DNA from: an uncultured bacterium | GTDB taxonomy: Bacteria; Acidobacteriota; Thermoanaerobaculia; Multivoradales; JAHZIX01 | DNA length: 64,000 bases | Direction of reading: 5' to 3' | Assembly (NCBI GenBank): GCA_965368975.1 | Contig: CBDUPA010000001.1 | Coordinates: forward strand, 576,001-640,000 | Notes under the pieces: generated by a model | Seen by the model: the letters and a program-made list of their open reading frames with translations, nothing else | What the model was told of the DNA's origin: nothing | The model's database searches: none | In this document: piece by piece, positions 8,985-22,283 of the stretch | Layout: each line of letters opens with the position of its first letter | Numbering within the stretch: position 1 is the first letter of the stretch | Position numbers and translations under genes: made by a program

Positions 8985-11900
8985 ATGCTGGACATCGGAA
9001 CCAAACTCCTCGATCGCTACGAGATCCTCGCCGAAATTGGCCGCGGTGGCGTGGGCGTGGTGTACGAGGCGAGCGACATCAAGCTGCAGCGGACCGTGGC
9101 GGTCAAGTTGCTCAACGCACCGCGCGCCGATGCCGAGACGCTGGCCCGCTTCGACCGTGAAGCGCGTTTGATCGCACGCCTGGACCATCCGGCGATCGTG
9201 CCGATCTTCGACGTTGGCAGTTGCGACCTCGGGGCGGAAGGCGAAGTGCCGTACTTTGTCATGCCGCACGTCGGTGGCGAGAGCCTGCGTTCGCGCCTGC
9301 GCCTGCGCTCACTGAGCCTGTCCGAGATGCTGGATGTGCTGGTGCAGGTAGCGCGCGGGCTCGACTACAGCCACGCCAAGAACGTCGTGCACCGTGACGT
9401 CAAGCCGGGCAATATCGTGTTGTCGCAGGAGCCCGGCGGCGGCTTGCGTGCACGGCTGACGGATTTCGGCATGGCGCGCAGCGGAGAGTTCGACGAGCGG
9501 CTGACCGATACCGGTTCGGTCATGGGCACGATGGTCTATCTGAGCCCGGAGCAGGCCTGCGGACACGATGTCGACGCGCGCTCCGACATCTACTCACTGG
9601 GCGTCGTGCTCTACGAGTGCCTCGCCGGCACGCCGCCGTTCACCGGCAATCCGGCGGCGGTGGTGATGGGAATCACTCAGCTGCAACCGGCGTCGCTGTC
9701 CGAGCGTGGGCTCGGGCTGGACGACGAGCTGGAGGCTCTGGTGCTGCAGTGCCTGGAGAAAGACCCGGCCCTACGGCCGCCGACCGCTGGCGAAGTGGCC
9801 GCGCGCCTGCTGCGTTTGCGGGCGCGGCTGGTCGAAGGTGAGACGATGACGGTGCCGGTTCTGCCGCCGGTGGTCGGCCGCGGTCAGGAAGCGACGCGGA
9901 TCCTGCATCCCAGTGGCGAGGCGACCGCTGTTTTCGAGTCGCAGCCGCGGAAGCCACGCGGTGCACCTGGGGTACCGCTTTCGTGTCTGTGCCGTGAGGA
10001 CGAGCTGGACGCGCTGGAGAGGCGTCTGCGCGCGGCGGTCGAGACGGCGGGTTGTCAGCTGGTGCTGATCGGTGGTGAGACCGGCATGGGCAAGACCGAA
10101 CTAGTAGAGGAACTCGGACGGCGCGCGCAGAACGGTGGCGGTTTGGTTCTCAGTGGTCGCTTTGTCGAGGACGATGCCTTCGCCCACCAAGGTTTCTGTG
10201 AGTTGATCCAAGATTATTTCGATGGCGGTTCAGTGCGCGGCATGACGCTGGTGGAAGATCTCGCCGACCTGGTGCCGGATCTGCTCGGCCTCTTTCCCAG
10301 CCTGGGCGAGATCGAGGCGCTGCGCGGCTTCGCCTCGTCGCGCGGCTGGCGCAGCGGCGACCGCCGCCGCAGCGAGGATCCGACCCACATCTTCGAGCTG
10401 ATCTCCCGCACGCTGATCCGGATGGGAGAAGGCCGTGTGCTGGTGCTGCTGCTGGAGGAGCTGCACGCCACACATGCCGGTATCGAGGCGTTGCATTACG
10501 TGGTGCGGCGGCTGGCCGCAACGACGACCCTGATGGTGGGTACCTTCCGTCCCTCGGCCACGACCGGCGAGCATCCCCTGGACCAGATGCGTGCGGCCTT
10601 CGCCGGTGATCCCCGCTTTCAACTCCTGGAACTCGAGCGTCTGAACGCCGAGCAGCACCTGCGCCTGCTGCGCGCGATCACCGGTAAGGAACACATTGAC
10701 CCTAAACTGGCACGGCGCCTGCTCGAGATCACCGAAGGCAACCCCTTCTTTACCCGTGAAGTGGTGCGCTCACTGAGGCCGGAGGGGGGCACTTTGCCCA
10801 GGTCGCCGTGGCAGATCGGAGCCGATGCAGGTTCGGATTCGCAAGCCGGCTGGGACGTCGAGTCGGCCGTCGGCATGCTGCCGGACACGATCCAGCAGGT
10901 GGTCAGCCGCCGACTGCAGCGCCTGTCGGCGGAACTGCGGCAGGTGCTCAGCGTCGCCGCGGTGCTTGGCCGTACCTTTGCCTTCTCCGACCTGGGTGCA
11001 CTGGTGCAACTGCCCGGTGATCTGGATGATGCGGTCGATGCTCTGGTGACGGCGGCCTTTCTCGAAGAGGCTCCGCAACTGGCCGGTGATCAGCTGCGTT
11101 TTTCCAGTGCCATCGTCCGCGACGTGCTCTACGACGAATTGCCACCGCGCAAGCGGCGGTCACTGCACCGCGCTTTCGCCAACCACCTGGAAGCGACCTA
11201 CGCCGGACGTTTGGAGCAGGTCTACCCGCAGCTGCTGCATCACTACGTCTGTGCCCGCGTGGCCGAGCGCGTGCGAGATTATGGGCTGCGGCTGGCCAGC
11301 TTGAAGGTGGAGCTTTCGAGCGGTGCCGCGGCGCTGGCCGCTGCCGAGCGCGCCGCCGCGGCGCAGGCCGAGCTGACGGAGGTGGGGCCGGCCGCCGCCG
11401 GTGAATTGAGCCGGGTGCTGGGGCAGTCCAAGCACCTGACCGGGGACTTCGACGGCGCGCTGGAGGCTTTTTCCGAGGCCGATCGACACTTTCGGCGCAG
11501 CGGCCAGACGGCGGAACGCACGCATGTCGCGGCCCTGGCGGCCGAGGCTGCCTGGCGCGCGCGGCGCGTCGACGAGGTGGGTGCCTGGGTGGATCGCGGC
11601 CTGGCCCAGGTCGGGCCGGGCGTCGAACTGCACCGCCGACGCCTGCTGCGCCTGGGCGCCACGCTGGCCAACCTGCGCGGTGAATACCACCGGGCGCGTC
11701 AGTACCAGCAGCAGGCCGACCAGTTGCGTCCGCGCCAGCTCGAAGGGCGCACCGAGATGCCGCGCGGTGGCCGCCTGGTGGTCGGCTTGCCGGCGGAACT
11801 GCGGGGTCGCCACCCAGTGGAGCTGCGACTGGTGGAGGAGATGGAGGTGCTGGCCAACGTGTTCGAGACGTTGTTGGTCAAGGACAGCCAGGGCGTGCTG

Positions 11901-14792
11901 CTGCCGCACTTGTGTACCCGCTGGCGCCTGCACAGCTCCGGCCGTTCGGTGCGCCTGGAGCTGCGCAACGACGTGCTCTTGCACGACGGCCGCCCGCTGA
12001 CGGCTGCCGATGTCAAGGCCTCGATACAGTGGGCCGTGCGCCGTTGCAGTGAGCGCCTACCGCCGGCGCTGGCCGCGATTCGGGGCGTGGGTTCCTGGCG
12101 TCGGGGCGATGCCGACGACCTGGAAGGGGTCTGTGTGCTGGCGGCGAGTGAGTTGGAGGTGCTGCTCGAGGAGCCATTGCCGATCTACCCGGAGCTGCTC
12201 ACCGATACACGCACAGCGGTCGCCATTCCGGTTGCCGACGCGAGTGAAGCACAGCTGGAAGCCGGTATTCGCGACCAGGCGGGCCTGCTGCTCGGGACCG
12301 GTCCTTTCCGTCCCGTGCAGGTGGCCACACAGCGCGTCGAGTTGGCCCGCCAGGAAGCCTACTGGGATCAGCCGCCACGTCTCGACGTGCTCGAGTTCCA
12401 GGCCGGCCTGGAGTCCGAGCAGATGGCCGAGGGGCTCCGCGGCGGTAGTCTCGACATGGCTCTGGAACTGCGCCCGGACGATCTCGAAAGCCTGTTGCGC
12501 GACCGCCGCCTGCGTCGCCGCCTGGTGGAAACTCCTTGGACCAACAGCTTCTTCGTGGTCTTCGACCGCGCCGGCGAAGTCGCCCGTCACTACGCACTCC
12601 GCCGAGCGCTGTCCGGCGTCGTGCAAACCGATAGCCTGGTACGCCGCTTGCTCGGCCGCCTGGCCCAGCCGGCCGACGGCTTGTTACCGCCCGGTATCCT
12701 CGGGCACGACCCGGGGCGGCGGCGCGAGCGCCTGTCGCTGGTGCAGGCACGAGAGGTCTTGGAGGACGTCGGCCTGCGGCCTCCGATCCGCCTGCGCGTC
12801 ATGCTCCATCCCAGCTTCCGCAATCGCTATGACCAACTGGCGCGGGAACTCTTCGAGCTGTGGGCGCAGTTGGGGGTCGAGGTCGACATCGAATCGGGCG
12901 GTCTGACCCACTATTTGTCGCACCCTGAGCGGGGGACGGAAGAAGGCGCACCGCACGTCGATGTCATCCTGGCTCGCTGGATCGCTGACTACCAGGACCC
13001 GGACATCTTCACGCACGGTCTTTTTCACTCGCAGCAGGGGCGCTTCCGCCACTCGTGCTCGTCACCTCAAGGTGATCGGCTGCTCGAACAGGCGCGCGCA
13101 AGTGCCGATCCAGATGTCCGCGCCGACTTGTATCGTCGCTTCGAGGATCAACTGCTCGACAGCCATCTCTTGCTGCCGCTCTTCCACGAGATCAACTACC
13201 GTCTGCTGGGTCCCAACGTGCGCGGGCTCGAAGTGTCGGGCACACCGCCGTACGTCAACTACCGGCAGCTGGCCAAGCTCGGTACGCGGCCAGCGGGGTC
13301 ACTCCTACCCGCCGAGTCCAGCGGCCGCGCTACCGGGGCGGGACTCTCGGTGGCACGCATTCCGGTGGCCCGTATCCCGATGATGGGGCACCTCAATGAC
13401 CTGGACCCAGCGGTGCCGATCGCTTCTCGCCTGCAGGCACTGAGCGCCCTCTACGAAACGCTCATGCGCCAGGGGGACAGTGCACGTATCGAGCCCTGGC
13501 TGGCCGAGTCGGTCGACAGGCTCGACCAGGGCCGATGCCTACGCCTTCGCCTGCGCCGCGACGTTCGTTTCCACGATGGGCGTCGTTTCGGTGCACGCGA
13601 CGTGCGTTTCTCCTTCGAGCGCCTGCTGCGCAGCTCCAGCTACAGTCGCTGGTTGCTGGCACCGGTGCGGGGAGCCCGCGACGTGCTCGAAGGGCGTACG
13701 CGCGAACTCGTCGGTCTGCGGCTGCGCTCGGCCTTCGAACTCGATATCGAGCTGGAGTATCCGGTTGCGTTCTTTCCCGCGGTGCTTACCGCGGTAGCTA
13801 TCGTCGCGGAGGGCAGTGACGATTTCACTGGCGACTGGCGTACCTGCGGTGGTGCTACCGGTCCCTTCCGAGTCCGCCGCTTCGACCCAGGCCGCGGCCT
13901 CGATCTGGAGGCCAACCCGGACTACTGGCGCGAAGGCTTGCCGCGCCTGGATCGTCTGTGCTTTGACTTCAACGTGCCGCCCGCGTCGGCGCTCGAAGGC
14001 TTGCACAGCGGCCGCTTCACCCTCGCCTGGGAATTGCCACCGTCAGCGCTGGAGAGCCTGGAGCAGGATGGGGACTTGCTGTTCCGGGAGATTCCTGGCC
14101 TGGCTACCGCTTTCCTTGCGTGCAACGTTCACCGGGGGCCGCTGGCCGATTCTGAAACGCGCCGACGGCTGGCCGCGGGGCTTGGTGTCCCGGACCTGGT
14201 GCAACGTCATCTGGGCCGCCTCGGAACCGTGGCGCGTAGCCTGATCCCACCCGATCTGCTGGGCTACGAGCCGCTGCAGTCACGACAGCCGAAGTCGTCG
14301 TCGCAGCCGCCGGTCGAGCTGGCGGTCATGCTGCAGTCTGCCTTCCAGAGCCAGTATGCAGACATGGCGCGCGACCTGCTGAGACAGCTGGAGAATTGTG
14401 GCTTCCGCGTACGCTTGGTCGAGCCGCACCCTTTCTACCAGGCGCTGCTGCCAAACCAGCGGGTCGACCTGGTGATCAGTCGTTGGATCGCCGACTATCC
14501 AGATCCCGACGCCTTCGTGCACAGCGTGTTGCACAGCGTCGAGGGTGGGGTCGGGGCGCTGTGTGGCGATCGCGCCCTCGACGCGCTGATCGATGAAGGG
14601 CGCAAGACCGCCGACACGGTCCGTCGACGTGAGATCTACCGCGACATCGAAGGCCTTCTGGCGCGCGAGCAGCGCCTGCTGCCACTGTTTCACGAGCAGA
14701 TCTACCGCTATGCGCGGCCGGAAGTACGCGACTTCGAGATCCACCTGTCGCCGCCGCAAGTCGCCTATGAGAAGTTGTGGCTGCAGGGCTGA
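8985..14792 (+). CDS. Ser/Thr kinase + AAA/STAND-like ATPase + helical region + two family-5 solute-binding domains
   Basis: GRGGVG, AVK, HRDVKPGN, DFG; Walker A GETGMGKT and Walker B LLLEELH; GNPFF motif; two ETL..LR.DV..HDG..A.DV..S / GPF / W.ADY.DPD modules. Confidence 0.88.
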   Translation: MLDIGTKLLDRYEILAEIGRGGVGVVYEASDIKLQRTVAVKLLNAPRADAETLARFDREARLIARLDHPAIVPIFDVGSCDLGAEGEVPYFVMPHVGGESLRSRLRLRSLSLSEMLDVLVQVARGLDYSHAKNVVHRDVKPGNIVLSQEPGGGLRARLTDFGMARSGEFDERLTDTGSVMGTMVYLSPEQACGHDVDARSDIYSLGVVLYECLAGTPPFTGNPAAVVMGITQLQPASLSERGLGLDDELEALVLQCLEKDPALRPPTAGEVAARLLRLRARLVEGETMTVPVLPPVVGRGQEATRILHPSGEATAVFESQPRKPRGAPGVPLSCLCREDELDALERRLRAAVETAGCQLVLIGGETGMGKTELVEELGRRAQNGGGLVLSGRFVEDDAFAHQGFCELIQDYFDGGSVRGMTLVEDLADLVPDLLGLFPSLGEIEALRGFASSRGWRSGDRRRSEDPTHIFELISRTLIRMGEGRVLVLLLEELHATHAGIEALHYVVRRLAATTTLMVGTFRPSATTGEHPLDQMRAAFAGDPRFQLLELERLNAEQHLRLLRAITGKEHIDPKLARRLLEITEGNPFFTREVVRSLRPEGGTLPRSPWQIGADAGSDSQAGWDVESAVGMLPDTIQQVVSRRLQRLSAELRQVLSVAAVLGRTFAFSDLGALVQLPGDLDDAVDALVTAAFLEEAPQLAGDQLRFSSAIVRDVLYDELPPRKRRSLHRAFANHLEATYAGRLEQVYPQLLHHYVCARVAERVRDYGLRLASLKVELSSGAAALAAAERAAAAQAELTEVGPAAAGELSRVLGQSKHLTGDFDGALEAFSEADRHFRRSGQTAERTHVAALAAEAAWRARRVDEVGAWVDRGLAQVGPGVELHRRRLLRLGATLANLRGEYHRARQYQQQADQLRPRQLEGRTEMPRGGRLVVGLPAELRGRHPVELRLVEEMEVLANVFETLLVKDSQGVLLPHLCTRWRLHSSGRSVRLELRNDVLLHDGRPLTAADVKASIQWAVRRCSERLPPALAAIRGVGSWRRGDADDLEGVCVLAASELEVLLEEPLPIYPELLTDTRTAVAIPVADASEAQLEAGIRDQAGLLLGTGPFRPVQVATQRVELARQEAYWDQPPRLDVLEFQAGLESEQMAEGLRGGSLDMALELRPDDLESLLRDRRLRRRLVETPWTNSFFVVFDRAGEVARHYALRRALSGVVQTDSLVRRLLGRLAQPADGLLPPGILGHDPGRRRERLSLVQAREVLEDVGLRPPIRLRVMLHPSFRNRYDQLARELFELWAQLGVEVDIESGGLTHYLSHPERGTEEGAPHVDVILARWIADYQDPDIFTHGLFHSQQGRFRHSCSSPQGDRLLEQARASADPDVRADLYRRFEDQLLDSHLLLPLFHEINYRLLGPNVRGLEVSGTPPYVNYRQLAKLGTRPAGSLLPAESSGRATGAGLSVARIPVARIPMMGHLNDLDPAVPIASRLQALSALYETLMRQGDSARIEPWLAESVDRLDQGRCLRLRLRRDVRFHDGRRFGARDVRFSFERLLRSSSYSRWLLAPVRGARDVLEGRTRELVGLRLRSAFELDIELEYPVAFFPAVLTAVAIVAEGSDDFTGDWRTCGGATGPFRVRRFDPGRGLDLEANPDYWREGLPRLDRLCFDFNVPPASALEGLHSGRFTLAWELPPSALESLEQDGDLLFREIPGLATAFLACNVHRGPLADSETRRRLAAGLGVPDLVQRHLGRLGTVARSLIPPDLLGYEPLQSRQPKSSSQPPVELAVMLQSAFQSQYADMARDLLRQLENCGFRVRLVEPHPFYQALLPNQRVDLVISRWIADYPDPDAFVHSVLHSVEGGVGALCGDRALDALIDEGRKTADTVRRREIYRDIEGLLAREQRLLPLFHEQIYRYARPEVRDFEIHLSPPQVAYEKLWLQG

Positions 14793-15002
14793 GTCGCTCC
14801 TGGAGAGTCGTAACGTCACCATGGTGCAAGAGTACTTGAGTACGGCAATTTATTTCTTTTTTGCTATTAGGCATATCACAAATAATCCTTGCTCTGATGT
14901 CCGTGTCGGCGATACACTGGCAGAAGTCGGTGCTTTCGTCGCCTATTGTGCAATCCCATGATTTGACTTCTCAAGGTCAGCCTTCTCTAGAGGGCAGCAA
15001 GT

Positions 15003-16610
15003 ATGATCCAAGGTCCGATATCTATCGGTAGGAACGCCGCTGGGGATGGTGCGTCCGCGCCACCGGAGCAGCCAAGCTCCATCTTTCTTTCCGGAGATCT
15101 CGTCGGAGGGCGTTTTCGGGTCATCCAGCTCCTGGCCACGGGTGGCATGGGGGAAGTCTACGAGGTCGAGGACCAGGATCTCGGAGAGCGCTTGGCGCTC
15201 AAAGTCATTCGGCCGGAGCTGGCGTGCGACGAGATCAACCTCGAGCGGTTCCGCCGCGAGCTGCAACTGGCCCGCCGGGTGACGCATCGCAACGTCTGCC
15301 GCCTCTTCGATCTGGTACGCCACCGCGCGCGCCGACGTGAAGACCGGCTGATACCGTCGGAACTCGCCTGTGTCACGATGGAACTGCTGCAGGGAGAGAC
15401 GCTGGCCGAGCGGCTACGGCGTGTTGGCCGGCTGCCGCCCAAGCAGGTTCGGCAGATCGTGCACCAGGTTGCCGAGGGTCTGGCCGCCGCACACGACATG
15501 GGTATCGTGCACCGTGACCTCAAGGCGTCCAACATCATGCTGGTCCCCGATGGTCGCGGCGGCGAGAGGGCGGTGGTCATGGACTTCGGTCTGGCCCGTC
15601 TGGGTGCCGTGCACCGAGAGACGGATTCACTCGAACCGATGACGCGCACTGGCCAGTTGATCGGCACGCCCGACTACATGGCACCCGAGCAGGTGGCCGG
15701 AGGCCGCGTGACACCGGCGACCGACGTCTATGCCCTCGGTGTCCTGATGTACGAAGCGATCACGGGCCGCCTGCCGTTCTATGGCAAGAGCGCCATGGCG
15801 ATCGCGCTCAAACGTCTACACGAGATCCCCGAGACGCCGATCCAACTCGTCGACGGCCTGGACGTGCGGTGGGAGGCGGTCATCCTGCGCTGTCTGGAGG
15901 CGGATCCGGAGCTGCGCTTCCAGAACACCATTGACATCCTGCACGCGCTCGATCTGGCGCCGGTGACTGCCCCGAAGCCAGCAGCCAGTGCGGACGACAA
16001 GGGCCTGGTAGCTCGCTGCTGCCGCTACGTGCTGCCGATGGCCGTCATTCTGGCCTGCCTGCTCGCCTTCGAAGCCTGGCGTTACCGCGCCGTTTGGCTG
16101 CCCAGCACCGCCGTGGAGTCCGTGGTTACGGTGCCGCAGGTCGCGGTCCTTGGCTTCAGCAATAGTTCACCCGGAGGACAGCTGCGCTGGGTCGGTACTG
16201 CACTGGCCGACGAGTTGCGCGGCCAGCTGGCCTCCGAGTCGCTGGGCGTCGTGCCGGGGCATCGTGTCGCGGCGCTGCGCGCAGACCTGCCGCTGCCCGA
16301 AACCGGACCGTTGAGCCTGGGGACTCTCGAGGCGGTGGCGGAGCGGCTGAGTGCCGACTACGTGGTCGTCGGTAGCTATGTTGCGCTGAATTCGCCGGCT
16401 GGGGCGGTGGCTGCGAGTGGTACCAGTACCATTCAGCTTCGCTTGTGGCTGCAGAACGTCGCATCGGGCAAGGTGTTCTTGATGGTCGACACCTTTTCGG
16501 AAACTGGACAGCTGTCACAGCTTGCGCGGCAGGTTGACGAGCAGATACGCTCTATCCTCACCAGTGGCCGCTTGACCGAGGCAGAGCCTCGAGATGTCGA
16601 GCGAGACTGA
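15003..16610 (+). CDS. Membrane Ser/Thr protein kinase with a C-terminal TolB-N/FlgO-like domain
   Basis: GGMGEVY, LALK, HRDLKASN, DFGLA, GTPDYMAPE; hydrophobic segment; VAVLGF.N..W.G.ALA..L domain. Confidence 0.85.
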   Translation: MIQGPISIGRNAAGDGASAPPEQPSSIFLSGDLVGGRFRVIQLLATGGMGEVYEVEDQDLGERLALKVIRPELACDEINLERFRRELQLARRVTHRNVCRLFDLVRHRARRREDRLIPSELACVTMELLQGETLAERLRRVGRLPPKQVRQIVHQVAEGLAAAHDMGIVHRDLKASNIMLVPDGRGGERAVVMDFGLARLGAVHRETDSLEPMTRTGQLIGTPDYMAPEQVAGGRVTPATDVYALGVLMYEAITGRLPFYGKSAMAIALKRLHEIPETPIQLVDGLDVRWEAVILRCLEADPELRFQNTIDILHALDLAPVTAPKPAASADDKGLVARCCRYVLPMAVILACLLAFEAWRYRAVWLPSTAVESVVTVPQVAVLGFSNSSPGGQLRWVGTALADELRGQLASESLGVVPGHRVAALRADLPLPETGPLSLGTLEAVAERLSADYVVVGSYVALNSPAGAVAASGTSTIQLRLWLQNVASGKVFLMVDTFSETGQLSQLARQVDEQIRSILTSGRLTEAEPRDVERD

Positions 16611-16708
16611 TTTCCTCAGACAAGCCAAGGCCCCCAAAACCAGCAAACGGCGGAGTTCACGCCGCGACAGCCTCGGCAGCCGATGAGTGTGCCGAACCGA
16701 GACCCACG

Positions 16709-17212
16709 ATGTACGTCCGTAACGCCCTGCTGGAAGCCCCTCTGACCGTCCATCCGGACGAACCCTTCGAGTCCTTGCTGCACCGCCTGCTCGAGTTCCG
16801 TCAGGCCACCGCCGCGGTACTCGACGACGAAGGTAGCCTGGTGGGTATTGTTGGGATTCACGACATCTTGCGCAAGATCGTACCCTTGTATGTGGATCTC
16901 GATCAGAAGTTGATGGAAGTCATGCACGAGGGCTACTTCGAAGAGCGCCTGGGCCGCCTCCAAGGGCTCAGCGCACGCGACTTCATGACCTCTCCCGTCG
17001 ATACGGTGTCCCCCGACGATACCCTGATCAAGACCGTCGGTCTGATCGTCGAGAACCGTCGCAAGACCCTACCGGTACTCGATGACGGCAGGTTTGTCGG
17101 TATGATCACGCGCCGCAGTATCCTCGAAACCGTCACGTCGAGTCTTCGCGGCGAAGACTCGGGCGCCGACGGAGAAAGTCCCCAGCCTGCCGAGGCTGAC
17201 GGAACTGTCTGA
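16709..17212 (+). CDS. CBS-domain pair protein
   Basis: VLDDEGSLVGIV, ARDFMTSPV.TV.PD, LPVLDDGRFVGMIT. Confidence 0.9.
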   Translation: MYVRNALLEAPLTVHPDEPFESLLHRLLEFRQATAAVLDDEGSLVGIVGIHDILRKIVPLYVDLDQKLMEVMHEGYFEERLGRLQGLSARDFMTSPVDTVSPDDTLIKTVGLIVENRRKTLPVLDDGRFVGMITRRSILETVTSSLRGEDSGADGESPQPAEADGTV

Positions 17213-17297
17213 TCCGACCCGCCACAGCTGCCACTGCCCCAAGCGCCAACAACCCCTGAGTCCTTCCCCCGGAGTCCCTTTCCCCGGAGCCCAACCC

Positions 17298-18686
17298 ATG
17301 CATACCGCAAGCGAGGCCGCTGGCCTGGTGCCGGCAGGCCTGCACTACTGGCTAGCCTGTGGCATTTTCCTCGTCAGCTTCGTGCTGATCGTGTCCGAAA
17401 AGGTGCACAAGACCAAGGTGGCGCTGATCGGCGCCGCCCTGACGCTGCTGCTGTCCATCCTGACGCAGCACGAAGCCTTCCACTCGTCCACCTTGGGCAT
17501 CGACCACAGTGTCATCTTCCTGCTCATCTCGATGATGATCATCATCAACATCATGGGCAAGAGCGGCATCTTCGACTGGAGCGCCGTCAAGCTGGCCAAG
17601 ATGGCCAAAGGCCGCCCGTTCGCCATCATGGTCGCCTTCCTGATCTTCACCGCAGTCTTCTCGGCGCTGCTCGACAACGTCACCACGGTGCTCTTGTTCA
17701 CGCCGGTCACGTTGCTGATCGCCGACGAGCTCGATCTCGATCCGATTCCTTTTCTGATCGGTGAAGCCCTGGCCTCCAACATCGGTGGCACCGCGACGCT
17801 CATTGGTGATCCGCCCAACCTGATCATTGCTTCGCGCTCCGACCTCGGTTTCGTCGACTTTCTGGTCAACCTGGGGCCGGTGGTCGTGGTGATCCTGGGG
17901 GCATACTTGATCTTTGCCTACTTCGCCTTCGGCCGAGGCTTGCAGGTCGACGAAGAGCGGCGCAACCACATCCTGAGCATGGATGAGAGGCGCTTGATCA
18001 AGGATCCGCGCTTGGCCAAGCAGTCGCTCTTCGTTCTCGCCATCGTAACGGTCGGCTTTGTGCTCCACGGTGTGACGCACATCGAGCCCGCTACCGTCGC
18101 GCTCTTCGGTGCTGCGCTGTTGCTTCTCATGTCGCCCGCTGATCCCCACAAGATCCTCGCCGATGTCGAGTGGCCGACCATCTTCTTCTTCATCGGCCTG
18201 TTCATTATCATCGGCGGTGTCGTCAAAGTCGGCTTTATCGGCGACCTTTCCGGCTTGGTCATCGACCTCACTGGACCTACCGCCGAGAGTATGTTTGGCA
18301 CCTCGATGGTTCTGCTGTGGTTCTCCGGCATCATCTCCGGTTTTCTCGACAACATCCCCTACGTCGCCACCATGGCCCCCCTGGTCACCGATATGGCGGG
18401 TGCCGTCCTCCAAGATGGTGTGGCTGGTGCCGAGCTGACGAAGGAGACGCTGCACGCCCCTGTGCTACTACCGGTGTGGTGGTCCCTGGCCTTGGGCTCT
18501 TGCCTGGGCGGTAACAGCACGCCGATAGGCGCTTCCGCTAATCTGGTCGTCCTCGGTATCGCCGAGCGTTCGGGCACGAAGATCTCGTTTCTCAAGTTCA
18601 TGCGCTACGGCATGCCGGTCATGTTCATGAGCTTGATCATCGCGACCGCCTACGTGTGGCTGCGGTACTACGTGTTGGGGTGGTGA
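17298..18686 (+). CDS. ArsB/NhaD (IT superfamily) anion or Na+/H+ transporter
   Basis: Multi-TM; SALLDNVTT, ASNIGGTATLIGDPPN, DNIPYV, LGGNSTPIGASAN. Confidence 0.92.
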   Translation: MHTASEAAGLVPAGLHYWLACGIFLVSFVLIVSEKVHKTKVALIGAALTLLLSILTQHEAFHSSTLGIDHSVIFLLISMMIIINIMGKSGIFDWSAVKLAKMAKGRPFAIMVAFLIFTAVFSALLDNVTTVLLFTPVTLLIADELDLDPIPFLIGEALASNIGGTATLIGDPPNLIIASRSDLGFVDFLVNLGPVVVVILGAYLIFAYFAFGRGLQVDEERRNHILSMDERRLIKDPRLAKQSLFVLAIVTVGFVLHGVTHIEPATVALFGAALLLLMSPADPHKILADVEWPTIFFFIGLFIIIGGVVKVGFIGDLSGLVIDLTGPTAESMFGTSMVLLWFSGIISGFLDNIPYVATMAPLVTDMAGAVLQDGVAGAELTKETLHAPVLLPVWWSLALGSCLGGNSTPIGASANLVVLGIAERSGTKISFLKFMRYGMPVMFMSLIIATAYVWLRYYVLGW

Positions 18687-18791
18687 ACGTCGGCGAGGCT
18701 TGATGAGCAAAGAGAAACGCCGACCCCACGTAGGGACCGGCGTTGTTCTCGAAACGGGGTTGAAGCTCGGGGCGAATCCCCTAGGCTCGAC

Positions 18792-22091
<3,300 letters not shown>

Positions 22092-22283
22092 GGCGCCTCC
22101 GAGAGATTGGGGAGAATCTGGGGAATGGATCGACGAAAGGCATCGAGGAAAGACGTAGCGATGCGCACCTCGTCCAAGGTGTGCGGCTACGGTTCGATCT
22201 TGTAGCTTCGATCCTGTACGGGTAGGTGGCACCGGGGTTGCGCCCGGCACCGTCGGTGGGGTCGAGGATATAGCGTCGGCGCG

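Noticed and set aside
17258-17292. Short direct repeat GAGTCC(C)TT..CCCCGGAG before the transporter
   Set aside because: Only two imperfect copies; most likely a local duplication.
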